From NCBI RefSeq assembly GCF_006345805.1, contig NC_043002.1, positions 15,686,001 through 15,750,000 on the forward strand: a DNA stretch of 64,000 nucleotides, written 5' to 3'. Under the pieces are notes generated by a model, which saw only the letters and a list, made by a program, of their open reading frames with translations, was not told the DNA's origin and did no database searches. Made by a program: the position numbers and the translations under genes. The DNA comes from Octopus sinensis. Its lineage: Eukaryota. Positions 38,620-55,439 of this stretch are shown piece after piece (the first letter of the stretch is position 1; every line of letters begins with the position of its first letter).

Positions 38620-39409
38620 GTAAAATTAAGTAAATTTAGAATACAATAATACCTCCCGATACTATAATTATATTCTAACCCAAATTTTCTATGTCCCTAA
38701 CACTTGTGGTCACGACTGCAATCTACTTACTCATATATATATATATAGCCGATTATATGTCAGTCATTTGATACTTTTAGTTTTCATTATGGTTAGAGAC
38801 TCAAATGCATAATCAGTAGTGTAATATCTATTAATATCAAAATAGATCAGGTCATTGAATTTTAAAACTTTGTCTTTAAGAGAATATCTGATTGCTAAAT
38901 ATGAAATCACATCCTACCGTATGTATCTCTTTCATATATCAAACGCTGAATTTAAAGGAGATATTTAAGAAAAAAATATACGAAATCGTATTATTTTATC
39001 TATTAATACCGTATTCCATGAAAGAAATTGCTCTGATTATATATTCTTGACAAGGATATTGAGGTTAGCGCGGCCACGCTACCTTGTGACATTGACACCA
39101 CACGGAGATAAACAAACTTACTGTTAAGGATCGTAAAACCTATTCGCAACAAGTAATATGATTATAATTGCTATTTATAATTCTGTCACGATTTCAGTGA
39201 ATCACAATGCAGGTCAACGTAAATAAATACTTAGATTCTCAAATTTCTAATAAATTTTGTCCTAGATGTCTCATTTATTGCGTAAAATGAGGAAGTTTTC
39301 TTTTTTTTTATTCCATTGACATAAATCTAAATATATATGTTATAAAACACAGTTTCAATCAAATATTGAACCATTGGTGTAGAAAAAGCCAAATTAGTTA
39401 TTCTTTTAT

Positions 39410-39601
39410 TTCTTTCAGTCATTTGACTGTGGCCATGCTGGATCACCGCATTTAGTCGAGCAAATCTACCTCAGGACTATTCTTTCTAAGCCTAGTACTT
39501 ATTCTATCGGTCTCTCTTGCCCAACTGCTCGGTGACGAAAACGTAAACTCACCAGCATCGATTGTCAAGTGATGCTGGAGGACAAACACAGACACAAAAA
39601 C

Positions 39602-39654
<53 letters not shown>

Positions 39655-39750
39655 TATATACGACGGGATTCTTTCAGTTTCCGTCTACCAAATCCAGTCA
39701 GAAGATTTTGGTCGTTCCGGGGATATAGTAGAAAACACTTGCCCAAGAAG
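39410..39750 (-). mobile_element. SINE family C, 5'-truncated
   Basis: Matches the 38222-38545 segment. Confidence 0.8.
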
Positions 39751-39943
39751 ACACCGTGGAAGAACTTTGGAGTCCAAAGACACAGATATTGTGTTTAGAG
39801 CCAGCTAGAGACGAAGATCTCTTGGGGCTATAAAGCTACAGTAACAACCCCCTCCCCAATGTGGTTAGTCATGATAAGATGGCTTCTATACTTTACATTA
39901 TCGAGCGATTACTGTTTCAATCTCATTCTGAGATTTAATTATG

Positions 39944-39999
<56 letters not shown>

Positions 40000-40578
40000 G
40001 AATATATATATATATATGTATATTTTGTATATCAAACACAAGCGTATTTATCTGCATCAATTTATCCCGGATCGCTCTGATATCCACTCTTTACCTCGCA
40101 GATTGTGTCCTCGGTAAAGCCTTTGAATGGTAAGTTCAAATCTTCTGAGCGAAACTATGTGTTTTCTATACAGAGAATCCCCAGAATTCACATTTTAACT
40201 CTCTCTCTCTCTCTCTCTGTATCACTCTGACATGTATTCCCTTGCAGGAAGGAATGTAGAAGAATTTGTTTTGGGGTTTGAAAAGGCTACGATATAGAGT
40301 GCACGTGTGTCTGAAAAGGTTATCAGAAAGCACTCACTTACTAGGAATGAAACTTCTTCCCCAAAAAGATTGGTAACATCCAGATAAAAAACTTTACAAC
40401 ATTTTTAAAGCATGCCGTTTTTGTAAAATCAACAAATCAACTTTACAATTCCAAAACATATGTAAAAATACACACGGATACATATACATGTATGTGTTCA
40501 TATATCCATTCATATATATATATTATATATATATATATATTATATATATATATTATATATATATATATGTATATATAT

Positions 40579-40800
40579 ACGAGGGGCGGCTGAAAACTTC
40601 CTGGTTTTAAAGTTGTTGTCAAGGAGTGGTTGGAGGCCCAAACTTCCGTATTCTTTTACAGGGCAACAACAAACAAAAAAAAACAATAAAAGAATGAAGG
40701 GCCGCTATAATAAATGTGTAAATCTGAGAGAGGAATATGTTCAATAACACCATAATTAACTGATCCTCCTTCTTGTATTTTCTTTTACCCAAACCACGCT
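40579..40800 (+). mobile_element. Short mariner-like fragment
   Basis: TACGAGGGGCGGCTGAAAA TIR-like start and a KCVNLREEYVQ* terminus. Confidence 0.45.
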
Positions 40801-41347
40801 TTGGTATATATATATATATATATTATATATATATATTATATATATATATAAGCACTCCGTCGGTTATGATAATATGGGTCATCGATGATACGAGCAACGG
40901 AACAGCTTGCTCTTGAATGTAACGTGCAAGTGGCTAAGCACTCCACAAACATGCTTAACCTTAATATTAATAACCTAATAATAATAACCATATTATTGGA
41001 CAGAGAATAGATCATTGCGTCTGGTCCAATACTTAGACTGCGTAAAGGTATTTTTATATACTTTATTCTTAAAATATATAGTTATACATTTGACTAACAT
41101 CTCAAGAAATGAAATGCGTATTCAGAAAAAAAACCCAGATATTTCTTAGGACATGTGCAGCGTAGTTCTATTTACACGTAGTACTCAAGGTGTTTCGTCT
41201 TGACACAGGTTGTGAAAAGGCTGGCCCTTTGAAATGCTAATTTTTGCCAGCTGGGTGGACTGGTGCAACGCGAAATAAAGTGAATTTCTCAAGGGCACAA
41301 CGCGTGTATGTACATATATATATGTAGTATATATATACATACGCATG

Positions 41348-41383
<36 letters not shown>

Positions 41384-41487
41384 CATATATATATATATAT
41401 AATATATATATATATATAATTTTAGAATTAACCAGTCACATTTTGTCTCTTAGTTTTCTCTCCGTGTTGACATATGAACAATTAAGG

Positions 41488-41536
<49 letters not shown>

Positions 41537-42201
41537 CGCATATACTCACACACACATGCACATATACACATACCATATGCTATTTCCTTTAGTTAGACAG
41601 TTATTTCGAACTGTATAACATCAATTCGATTGACATCTCAAGAGACCAATGAAATAATCTGCTTCGAAATTGATACTTTTGATGATACAAAATTCGCATG
41701 ATTTATAATGGATATGATATGTTAAGACTGAGAACAACTCTGGAACCTACTTCTTTGTTATACATGTGTTACTATAACTAATTTGAGAATTGCATGTTAT
41801 GCTTTATTTTAAAACGGATGAGCATTATAATAAAAGCTGCACATGTCATAAGAAATATCTGTTTTTTTTTTTTTATTACGCATTTCCTTTCTTAAGATGG
41901 TAGTCAAATGTATAACGATGTATTTTATAAATAAAGTATATAAAAATTGCCTTACGCAATCTAAATATTGGACCGAACTCAATGATCAAATCTCTGACAA
42001 ATAATATTCTTATACGCTATGATTCTGACGATAATGAGTTCGGAAATTAGAATGTTCTGTGAAATATTTTGTTCTGAAAATCAAAGTACATTAGCAGCCC
42101 CAACGGGCAAAGAATTTACATGCACCCACACGCACACGCACGCACACACACACATAGAGACACAAGCGTATGTGTATACATATATACTCACTAATATATA
42201 C

Positions 42202-42232
<31 letters not shown>

Positions 42233-42301
42233 ATACATGTATAATATATATATATATATATATTAATATATTTATATATATATTAATATATTATATATAT
42301 A

Positions 42302-42856
42302 TTGCATGTATATGTAATACATGTGTGCGCTCGTGCGTGTGTGTATGTGTGTGTGGTGTGTGTGTGTGTGTCTTAAAGCTCCTATGAAAGTGAAGTTCCC
42401 AGCAGACACTCCGATCGGTTTCGTAAAGCTGCATGAGAATACTATATATTATGAACACGCACACATGCTCATATTTCCCTGGATGAACGCAGATGCACAT
42501 GCATATATATTTGTAGCATAGATTTAACAATTCAAACCAGAAAAGGGATTGCTACAATCCTTTTCTCTCTGTCCTCTTTGAAAGTTTGCTTACCCCCGCT
42601 CATTCTCTTCAATAGTATCAATCTTTTCTCTCTTGAATTCTCCCACCATCCTGTAGGATATCCATCTTTCTTTCCGCTCTTGGGCGTCTAATAATACTGT
42701 ACTTATTCCACGTCCTCGCGTTGTTGTATTTTCTCTTTGTTCATGTTTGGATTAATTATATATATATATATATATATTAATATATTTATATATATATTAA
42801 TATATTTATATATATATTTGCATGTATATGTAATACATGTGTGCGCTCGTGCGTGT

Positions 42857-42888
<32 letters not shown>

Positions 42889-43268
42889 CTTAAAGCTCCT
42901 ATGAAAGTGAAGTTCCCAGCAGACACTCCGATCGGTTTCGTAAAGCTGCATGAGAATACTATATATTATGAACACGCACACATGCTCATATTTCCCTGGA
43001 TGAACGCAGATGCACATGCATATATATTTGTAGCATAGATTTAACAATTCAAACCAGAAAAGGGATTGCTACAATCCTTTTCTCTCTGTCCTCTTTGAAA
43101 GTTTGCTTACCCCCGCTCATTCTCTTCAATAGTATCAATCTTTTCTCTCTTGAATTCTCCCACCATCCTGTAGGATATCCATCTTTCTTTCCGCTCTTGG
43201 GCGTCTAATAATACTGTACTTATTCCACGTCCTCGCGTTGTTGTATTTTCTCTTTGTTCATGTTTGGA

Positions 43269-43285
<17 letters not shown>
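42302..43285. repeat. Tandem duplication, ~0.5-kb unit, bounded by (TA)n
   Basis: 42302-~42770 and 42818-~43285 are identical outside the microsatellites, as far as I can see by eye. Confidence 0.92.
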
Positions 43286-43300
<15 letters not shown>

Positions 43301-43559
43301 TAATCAGCCGAAATTGCGAAGATGATCCGGTTCTTGACTGAAGATTGAAGGCTTCGAATGTCCCGTCCGTGTTTTTTTTTTTTTTTTTGTGTCGACTTCT
43401 AAATGTTTCACGTTCTTGTCCCAGTTTGTATATTTTTTTTACTTTTACACACATATATATATATATTTAGAGAGAGAGACAGAGAGAGACGGAGAGGGGG
43501 GAGAGAGGGGGAGAGAGAGAGGTAGCTAATTACACACACACAATGCATTTCTTATTAGC

Positions 43560-44620
43560 AAATGTCGTCTTACCAAAGGCGTAAGTCGTACATAATTGTG
43601 ATCTGATGGACCACCCTGTTTTCTATACGAATCTAATGTTGTGTTTAGCATCGTTCAGACTTCCTAAACCCGCAGTATGACTCATCTTACAGTCTAGCCT
43701 CTACAAACACTGAAATGTATCTCTCTCATACCACGTCTTTATTTTGTTTGCTGTATCATATCTTCTCTATAGTATGTTCCAGTTCTTGTCCCGTGTTCTA
43801 AGGCAGGTTCCATTGGCGTTTTTACTAATGATATTATGTAACTTCTTCCTAGCTACCCGATGTACATTCTAATACTATATCTTTGGTTGTATCTCAAGAA
43901 ATGTAAGTTGTCCATTAAGTCCTGTGGATCTCGCTTTATTTCGCAGATATCACAAAGGGGTATACATTGTTCATTATACTAACTAATTCCGTTACGTGTA
44001 TGTTTACTTTTACATTGTTTGACAAAGTTGAGTTCTTATGGATAACAAACTTAGAAGATATGGGTGTCATATAATAGGAAAGCAGGACTTTGAAATCTGT
44101 TGTTTGTAGTATCTAACTAAATTTCAGTATCAAGGACAGGGAGTTTATTGTTAGGGGTACTCTATCGTTATCCTGATATTCTGGTTAATGGATGCTCTCC
44201 AGTCTCCTTCTCTCGGCTTCCTTGAATGTTGATATCATCTTCATCTGTACACTATAGTATTACAGCCACAGAGTGTTCATCCTAGGATTTCTTAAGTCTT
44301 CTATCACACCAAAGAGGCCGACCGCACCCCCTGCCACATCAATGCAGCCGGTTGCTTCTTTCACCTTCTTGGCTGACGATGTGATGGCAGGTGGCCTTAT
44401 TTTTCCGAACTAGTGGCACAGAACCTCCAAGTAACCACTGTCATAGGCTAACCTTAGCAAGAATTCATATTCTCACGTGCTTCATTCGCGAAGCTCTACT
44501 TCGCTCTTGCAGATTTTCTCCACGTTTTTCTCCGCAACAGAGTCGATGTCAAAAGACGGATAGAGATATATCACATCCACACTACCTGTAAAATCTTCCG
44601 AGCAGTTACATTCAGTGACT
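43560..44620 (-). mobile_element. Penelope-like reverse transcriptase remnant
   Basis: Minus strand: GSVDVIYLYPSFDIDSVAEK, GGAVGL, NKLPVLDTEI, YYMTPISSKFVIHKNSTLS..VK.NI..TEL..IM.N. Confidence 0.75.
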
Positions 44621-44844
44621 CTACGGAGGGCGTCTCCAGTGCTCCTATGGACATCCAGTGTCACCACACTGAGTACTCGCAGTACCCACGAGAAGGAGAA
44701 ACAGACACAATTTTGGAAGACATAAACATTGGACAATACGACATGTACTGATAGGAATTTCATTGTATTAACTTTTAACCCAACTACTACCTCTAAAACA
44801 AGGAATGTAGTCTACCGCATATAATATATGTATATATATACACT

Positions 44845-44922
<78 letters not shown>

Positions 44923-45614
44923 CATATATATGTACATACACATACGCACATATATATGCATGGGATATGTGTGTATATCTAATTGTATATATATATATAC
45001 ATATAACGGATCGTTAAGGCTGTATTCTTTACTCCTAATGTATTCTAACAGATATATTCGTAAGACTTTGCAAACGGTTCTGTGGAATTCAACTCGAAAG
45101 CATGCGTACAGAATCGAACTCCTTAACTATTCAACCGTATCTGAATGCTGTGTTTTATTTCTTCTGTGATGAGAAAATCGATACATGATATGCACGTACG
45201 AGTGTCAATATATTCGACAAAACCGCTCTGTTGTAAATTTTCTGCTTTCTGCTAATGCAAAAAAAATCATTATTGTCTTAATATATTTTTTTTTCAATCT
45301 GTCAACCTACCGTATGTCAACGTTGAGCGCCCATTCTATCACTGAAGTCAATTTCCGGTTAATTTTGAACATCATGCTAAGTAATCTCGGATGTGTTCAG
45401 TTCCTTTGGCACGTCAGAGCACAGCGAAATAACTGTTTGCTGAATACAAACTAGCGAGCGAAGAAAATGACATTTTCGTTGTGATTATATACTTATTGAT
45501 ATTATTATTTGTTCTTATTTAATATAAACACTGTTTTGTCATGATGCTAATACATTTGGTTGAAGGTGCACCGAGAAAGGATTATCTTTTTATGGGTTTT
45601 GTAAGTTAATGTGT

Positions 45615-45667
<53 letters not shown>

Positions 45668-45815
45668 TGAGTGTGAGCATGTGTGCGTACATTTACGACA
45701 GCTAAATCTTACTACAAATATAAAATCACCAGTAGGATATAAAGAAAACCAAGGAATTTGTTTTCGAACTATTCAGTACGCTGATTTGACAGAGCTAAAT
45801 ACACACACAAACAAA

Positions 45816-45846
<31 letters not shown>

Positions 45847-46610
45847 CACACACACACACACACACGCTCACACACACAAACAAACAAACAAACAAGCGAA
45901 CAAACACGCACATACACACACACACGCACACACATAGATATATATATGTGTGTGTGTGCGTGTGTATAATTGACTTTACTTCTTTTATTTACAATGTGCA
46001 TTTTCTTTGATTTTTCTTACTTTCCCCTTACATTACCACGTGTAGTTCCTATTTTCTTTTTATAACATATTTCTATTATATATATATATGTATGTATGTA
46101 TGTATATATAATGGGTTTCATTTAGAGATCTGAATATACTTTCGGAAAACGACTTATTTTCTACGTTCATTATTTATGAAAGACATGTACCAGTAATGTA
46201 CTATTATCCTTCACTGAAGTTTTCCAAATACAACAAATCAATACAAATTACATTCAATAAACCGGTTGATATATTTTTTTTTCATACAGAGTGGAATTAG
46301 TGACAAGGTTTCCTTTTCCCGTAGAAGCCATATCGCTTTTAATGCTTTCATTTTTTTTTTTTATTTAATCATCATGCAAAAAACATAGACTTCTGTAAAC
46401 TCCATTAAATCCACACCTAAGGAATATTATTTTCTGAACTGAAATACCATAGAAAATAAATCTAAGACTAATTCAATATACGGTGAGGAATGCTTTGTTG
46501 TTCTATTCTTCTATTAAGCCAACGATGTATCTTCTCCGTAATCTCACATTTTGCAAGTATTATAGACAAACTTCACTAAAGTTGTGTCTAACCCTATTAT
46601 GTAGTTGTAA

Positions 46611-47028
46611 GGCGGCGAGGTGGCAGAAACGTTAGCGCGCCGGACGAAATGCTTAGCGGTATTTCGTCTGCGTTACGTTGTGAGTTCAAATTCCGCCGAG
46701 ATCAACTTTGCCTTTCATCATTTCGGGGTCGATAAATTAAGTACTAGTTACGCACTGGGGTCGATTTAATCGACTTAATACCTATGTCTGTCCTTGTTTA
46801 TCCCATCTGTGTTTAGCCCCTTTGTGGGTAATAAAGAAATAGGTATTTCGTCTGTCGTTACGTTGTGAGTTCAAATTCCGCCGAGGTCGACTTTGCCTTT
46901 CATCCCTCGGGGTCGATAAATTAAGTACCAGTTACCCACTGGGGTCGATGTAATCGACTTAATCCCTTTGTCTGTCCTTGTTTGTCCCCTCTATGTTTAG
47001 CCCCTTGTCGGTAGTAAAGAAATATATA
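46611..47028 (+). mobile_element. SINE family B, dimeric form with TSD
   Basis: 12-bp TSD ATGTAGTTGTAA at 46599-46610 and 47029-47040. Confidence 0.92.
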
Positions 47029-47069
47029 ATGTAGTTGTAAAAATGCGGTGTCCGTGTATAGGATGGAAT

Positions 47070-47287
47070 GACTGTGTGGTAAGAAGCTTGCTTCCCAACC
47101 ATATTGTGAGATTACGGAGAAGATGTATCGTTGGCTTAGAAGAATAGATCTACAAATCATTCATCCACGTATATTGAATTAGTCTTAGTAAAGTGTGTTC
47201 TAACGTGGTTTCAGGCCGGCCAAGGACTTGTGCGTGGATATGGTACGCGAAAACTGAAAGAAGTCCCTCGTATATATATTTATGTAT

Positions 47288-47331
<44 letters not shown>

Positions 47332-47530
47332 TGTGTGTGTGGTGTGTGTGTGTGCGTGCGTGTGTGTGTGTGTGTGTGTGTGTTTGTGTATATCTATGTG
47401 CTTGTGTCTTTATGTGATTACCTCCCCGGTCGGCAAAAGAGACCTATAAAGTAGGTACTAACCTACAAAAATTAAGATCTGGGATCGATTTATTCAACTA
47501 AAACCCTGCAAAGCGGCAACATGGCTGTAG
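47070..47530 (+). mobile_element. SINE family C, strongly diverged
   Basis: TGTGTGGTAAGAAGCTTGCTT head, AAACTGAAAGAAG, internal (TG)n, GGCAAAAGAGACC. Confidence 0.6.
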
Positions 47531-48779
47531 GCAAGTGACCAACAAATAAACAAGCAAAATATTATATATATATGTACTTGATAAGCTGTCCCCATACTAT
47601 TCTGTTTTTCGCTTTAGTTCGTCATTAATTGTGATAGCTTTCTAGTTCATATTCATTTTTTTTTCAGGAGCCTTGAATCTCAGTCTCGGTTTTCTAAGAA
47701 GAGTCTGCTTTTGTCCATCTTGCGTAGGTGTCCCAGCCAGGCTAAAATTCTACCAGGAACTATTTGTGATATAGGAGAGAGACCAGCATGCCGTAGGATC
47801 TCTTCATTCTTGATCTTGTCAATGAGAATGATTTGTATAATGTGTTGCAGCAAACAGAATCTAAATTTCCTGGCGACATAGAACCCAGTTTGTAATTATC
47901 TGAGTTCAAATCGTACTGAGGTGAAATTCGCGTAGAAGTTGACGAACTAAAGTAACAGCCGAGAGTGGAACATCTGGAAATTACCTACCAGTATTCGTCT
48001 CAGGTCCTTACTTCTTGAATTCAAATCCGTCCTAGGTCCTTGCAAGGAAGATAAAATAGTGTACCAATGAAATAACGGGACGATATAATCGGGTATACAT
48101 CCTTCTTACAAATATTACATGCTAATATCTAAATTAGATATATCTATATAACGAAAGAAGTTTAGGTGAATTTTGAAACCATGGAGTTCAATTCCATATG
48201 AAGACATTCATGTCAAACTGGAAATTAAACACGTCCAATGTGAAAAGTTAGAATCTAGTCACTATGTTCACTAGCCTTGAGCTTACATTTTTCTCTGCAA
48301 CGTTCGCCAGATTTCAAGTTTTAACATAATGTTAGGATTAGATTGTTTCACCAGAACTGTTATTTATTTGGCAAGTAAGTGATTTGTATATACGCTCAAT
48401 CAACCAATATAGCTCCCAAGAGAAGTCGAATTATTATCATGTGAGAGCCAAATGGTTTTCAGGCGGAAATAATGGAATTTTAACAGTGTCTGGAGAGGTT
48501 GATTTGGCAGCCTGAACTTATTTCCAAGTCGCCTCACTCAGAAAATATTGACTCTTTCGGTATCGCTTAATTTTCTCTCTTATCCTATGTTAATACACCA
48601 GAGTTTTACTATGATATTTGGTATATAAAAAAAATGAGTTATTTCCATTTCGTTATATACACTCACACACGCGCACGCATATATATACACATAATACATA
48701 CATATATACATATATTTACGTGTATATATATATATATATATATATACATATATGCATATATTTATGCATATATGTGTGT

Positions 48780-48975
48780 GCGTTTGTGTTAGTCCCCCAA
48801 AAGCGCTTGACAACCGATGGTGGTGTGTTTACGTCCCCGTAACTTAGCAGTTCGGCTAAACAGACATTAGAATAAGTAGTAGACTTACAAAGAATAAGTC
48901 CTGGGGTCGGTTTATTCGACTAAAGGCGGTCCTCCCTCATGGCCACTATCAAATGAATGAAACAAGTAAAAGAGT
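48780..48975 (+). mobile_element. SINE family C, 3' half
   Basis: GCTTGACAACCGATGGTGGTGTGTTTACGTCCCCG...GAAACAAGTAAAAGAG. Confidence 0.75.
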
Positions 48976-48987
48976 AACGGGTGTATG

Positions 48988-51850
<2,863 letters not shown>

Positions 51851-51851
51851 A

Positions 51852-51921
<70 letters not shown>

Positions 51922-51925
51922 ATAT

Positions 51926-51960
<35 letters not shown>

Positions 51961-52100
51961 TACGGAGATGTACTTGCATAGCAAGTGACCTGATCTGAGA
52001 TCGTGTGCTGGAACGAAAACAATTGCAGCGTGTGACATGTTTATAAGCCGTTTAAGAAACACACAAAAACTGTTAGATTTACTTCAAAATTTAAATTTAA

Positions 52101-52151
52101 TTTGCCAAAATATTTTCGTCGCTTTGAGACCGCGACCTGTTCACTGACAAA
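52101..52151 (-). ncRNA. Type-I hammerhead candidate with covariant G3:C8 core
   Basis: UUUGUCA | GUGAACA | (G) GUCGC-GGUCUCAAA-GCGAC | GAAA | A-UA-U | UU | UGGCAAA. Confidence 0.6.
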
Positions 52152-52439
52152 ATTCCGAGCTCCCCCGTGCATATAATGTTCAATATCGTTTTTATTGTTA
52201 ATCAACCAGTATTTTCATAGGATTTTGCTATCCCTGAATGTGGTTTGTAACTGTTAATTGTGCTTCTGCTATGTATATATAACAAAACGAACGTTTTCCA
52301 TCTGGTAGCTTACTGGTTATATTATTATTATTATTATTAATATTATTATTATCATTATTATTATTATTATTATTAAATCTCTCAACGAGAGATATTAATG
52401 CTTATCGCCATTTGAATATGACTGTTCCTCTGGAATCCA

Positions 52440-52977
52440 CGTTACAACCTTTTACAACCCAAGGAGGCACCTACTCCAGCTGGTTATCGATGCAGTCTGT
52501 ACCCGAATTATATTGCAAGTAGAGGAGTGAATCCCTACCATCTTCTAGCAGATGATTGATCAGTAGACTGTATAGTTCGGTCTATTTGTGCTCATCGTCA
52601 ATGGTGAACCCCCGTTCGCTAGAGATAGCAGGAGTTCTCTCCGGCACGGAATATCTAGAACACTAAGTGGCAATCAATCACTTATCTTAAAACAAATAGA
52701 GTAGCTAGTAAGGCAATCTCTACAAGAGATGAAAATATTAACTATATTGATAAGTAATGATTATCCTCACATCAAAATCGCGGTTCTTTTCGAGTCGACA
52801 TTACTACAGATTTTAACCCTAGGCGGAGCCTCCCCCCCCCCCAGCTAATTATCGATGCTATCTGCACAATATAGTCATTGGAAGCAGATGAGTGAAATCC
52901 TACCATCTTCTAGCAGACAACGGGATCAGCAGAACATACGGTTTCTGGCGGTTTGTGGTCATCGTCAGCAGTGAACA
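52440..52977 (-). repeat. Diverged direct repeat pair (~365-bp period) with decayed hammerhead-like motifs
   Basis: Shared CCTACCATCTTCTAGCAGA...GATCAG...CATCGTCA...TGAAC. Minus strand copy 2 has CUGACGA...GAAA; copy 1 has UUGACGA...GAAC..GUC. Confidence 0.5.
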
Positions 52978-53037
52978 GTAGTCGTCTGTGTGTGTGTGTT
53001 TTTTCGAGTGTGTGCGCGCGTGTGCACCTGTACGTGA

Positions 53038-53070
<33 letters not shown>

Positions 53071-53858
53071 TGTGTGTGTGTGTGTGCGTGTGTGTGTGCT
53101 CATATGTGTATGCGTGTGTATAGTATTTTCTGAGGCAGAGTTATACAAATACATATATTTGAAATTTTGCGAATTTTGCGATTGTTTAAAACTTTATAGC
53201 GAACGCTGACCAATTGATTTCAACATCAAAATATATTCAAAATTAATTTCTACTATTTTTAGAATCCTTAAATTCCTTTTCTGAAATTTCTGTTTCCTTG
53301 CTGCAAGCAAATCTATGCATTCATATCTTACTGGTCTCACTTTTATGTTTTCGCATGGAAATCTAGTCTTTGACTGAGATAATGCAAGAAAATCGAATAA
53401 CATTTATATGCAAAAAACAATGGAACACATTTTTATCAGTTTTTGAATTACTATCCTACAGGCTTATGAATAAAACTACAGACAGGCAAGTACGAACACC
53501 TACACATTCTATGCACATATATGTGACTCACATACGCAGAGAAACATACGTCAATGTGCACATTTAAATGGAAAGCTGAATCTAAATCGTTCAAATAAGA
53601 AAGGTATTAACTATGTCTAGTATGTACTATTTTAGGCCAGGTGCTATACAACATTACAAAAAACCTATTTACGCTACGAGGAGACATAGCAATCCATTAA
53701 TAATGCAGCATACAGAATGAAACTATATGTGCATGATCATACCTGCCTGCGGACCTATTAATAAATAGTAAATCACATTAGTTAATAAAGTACGTGTGTG
53801 TGTATATATATATGTGTGTGTGTGTGTGTATATTTTTTAATATATATTATATATATAG

Positions 53859-53928
<70 letters not shown>

Positions 53929-54046
53929 GTATGTATGTATATATATAGATATTATATATATATATATATGATATATATATAATATATATATATATATATA
54001 CACATATACATGTTTGTGTGTGTCTCTGTGTCTGTGAATGCATGTA

Positions 54047-55245
54047 TCAGGCTGAGGAACAAGAAAGCAATATTTTGAAACATGAAATTAATCGCAATAT
54101 ATTTCAATAATGCGGAAAGTTTACATATCAAGGTAAGTACTAGTACAATTGACACATTTCCACCTACGAGTTTACAAGTATAATTAAAGCGCTTACGCAA
54201 AAATCTTAAGTTCTGGAGCTGATGAACTCTTTCAACGCACTTTTTGCATCGATTTGATTTTTTAACTCTTCTCGTAGGAAACCATCAAGTTGCTTGGAAA
54301 ACAGGTAGTCGTTAGGAGGAAGGACTGGAGAGTAAGCTGGGTGGGGAAGAACTTCGTTGACTAGTCTACAATGGAGGAGAAGGAGGTTTTCGTTCATTTT
54401 GGAAATTTCATGTCAATATATAACTGCAGTAGTGGTTGTTCTGAGTTTTAAGAAGTTATAGTGTATGTGTCCAGCAGTAGACCACCAAACAATCACCATA
54501 ATCTTCTTTTTGAAGAGCTCTGATTTAGGGAAGTTTTTCGGTGCTTCATTTTGGTCTAACCCATGTGAAGCAAGTGTATTTATTACTGTACAAAATCCAA
54601 TTGTTTTTATAAGTTACGGTACGGTCAAGAAATGGATCGGTCTGGTTACGGAGAAGAAGCGACAAGCAAATTTTATATCAGTGCATTTTCTTATTTTCAT
54701 TCAAATCATGTTGTACCAATTTGTGGAGCTTTTTTTCCGATTGCATGCAAACAGTAGCAAGCAGTTTTCTGGCTAACTTGAAGTGTTTTTACCAGTTCTC
54801 GACTGGTTTTATGTAGATCGTTCTGAATGAAGGTCATTCATTCATAATCATCAATGACAGATAGGTGTCCACTAAGCTCACGATCTTCAAGACTCATGTA
54901 CTCACTGCAAAATCGTTTAAACCATTTTGGAGCTGATCACTCACTGGTCATTTCCTCACCAAAGGTTTCGTTATTATCGCCAGCAGTTTCAGTTGCTTCC
55001 CGTCCTTTTTGAAGTTGAATAGCAAAATTGCTCGAATATTACGCTTTGACAGTTCCGTTTCAGATTATTGTAACAACGGAGAAAACAAATCAAAGTTAAT
55101 GTATTGATGCATTTGGGCAAGTTCATGCCTGCATTATCAGACAATTCCAAAAAAAAAAAAAATGTAAAAAAAATTCAAAACTCTGCAAAAATCCCGTACA
55201 AATGCTTTATTGTTCAAAACGTTGTTTACTTTTCACGCAACCTGA
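54047..55245 (-). mobile_element. Near-full-length degenerate mariner transposon
   Basis: TA-flanked imperfect TIRs. HPAYSPVLPPNDYLF motif (HPPYSPDLAPSDY equivalent) on the minus strand. Confidence 0.85.
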
Positions 55246-55269
55246 TACACACACAAACACATTTATTAA

Positions 55270-55307
<38 letters not shown>

Positions 55308-55439
55308 TGTACATATATAGGTATGCATATATACATTTATACATATACACCATATACACATATATATATATATATACATATACACACAAACACACGCGCA
55401 CACATATTTTACTATATCTGTACATAAAATCAAACATTT

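Noticed and set aside
42018-42055. CTGACGA...GAAA motif
   Set aside because: No consistent stems and no UH at the required position.
44458-44751. Plus-strand open frame with a plausible splice acceptor (…DFLHVFLRNRVDVKRR…GQYDMY*)
   Set aside because: Much of it lies antisense to a Penelope-like RT (VDVIYLYPSFDID motif) and I recognise no family in it. RNA-seq would be needed to rescue it as an exon.
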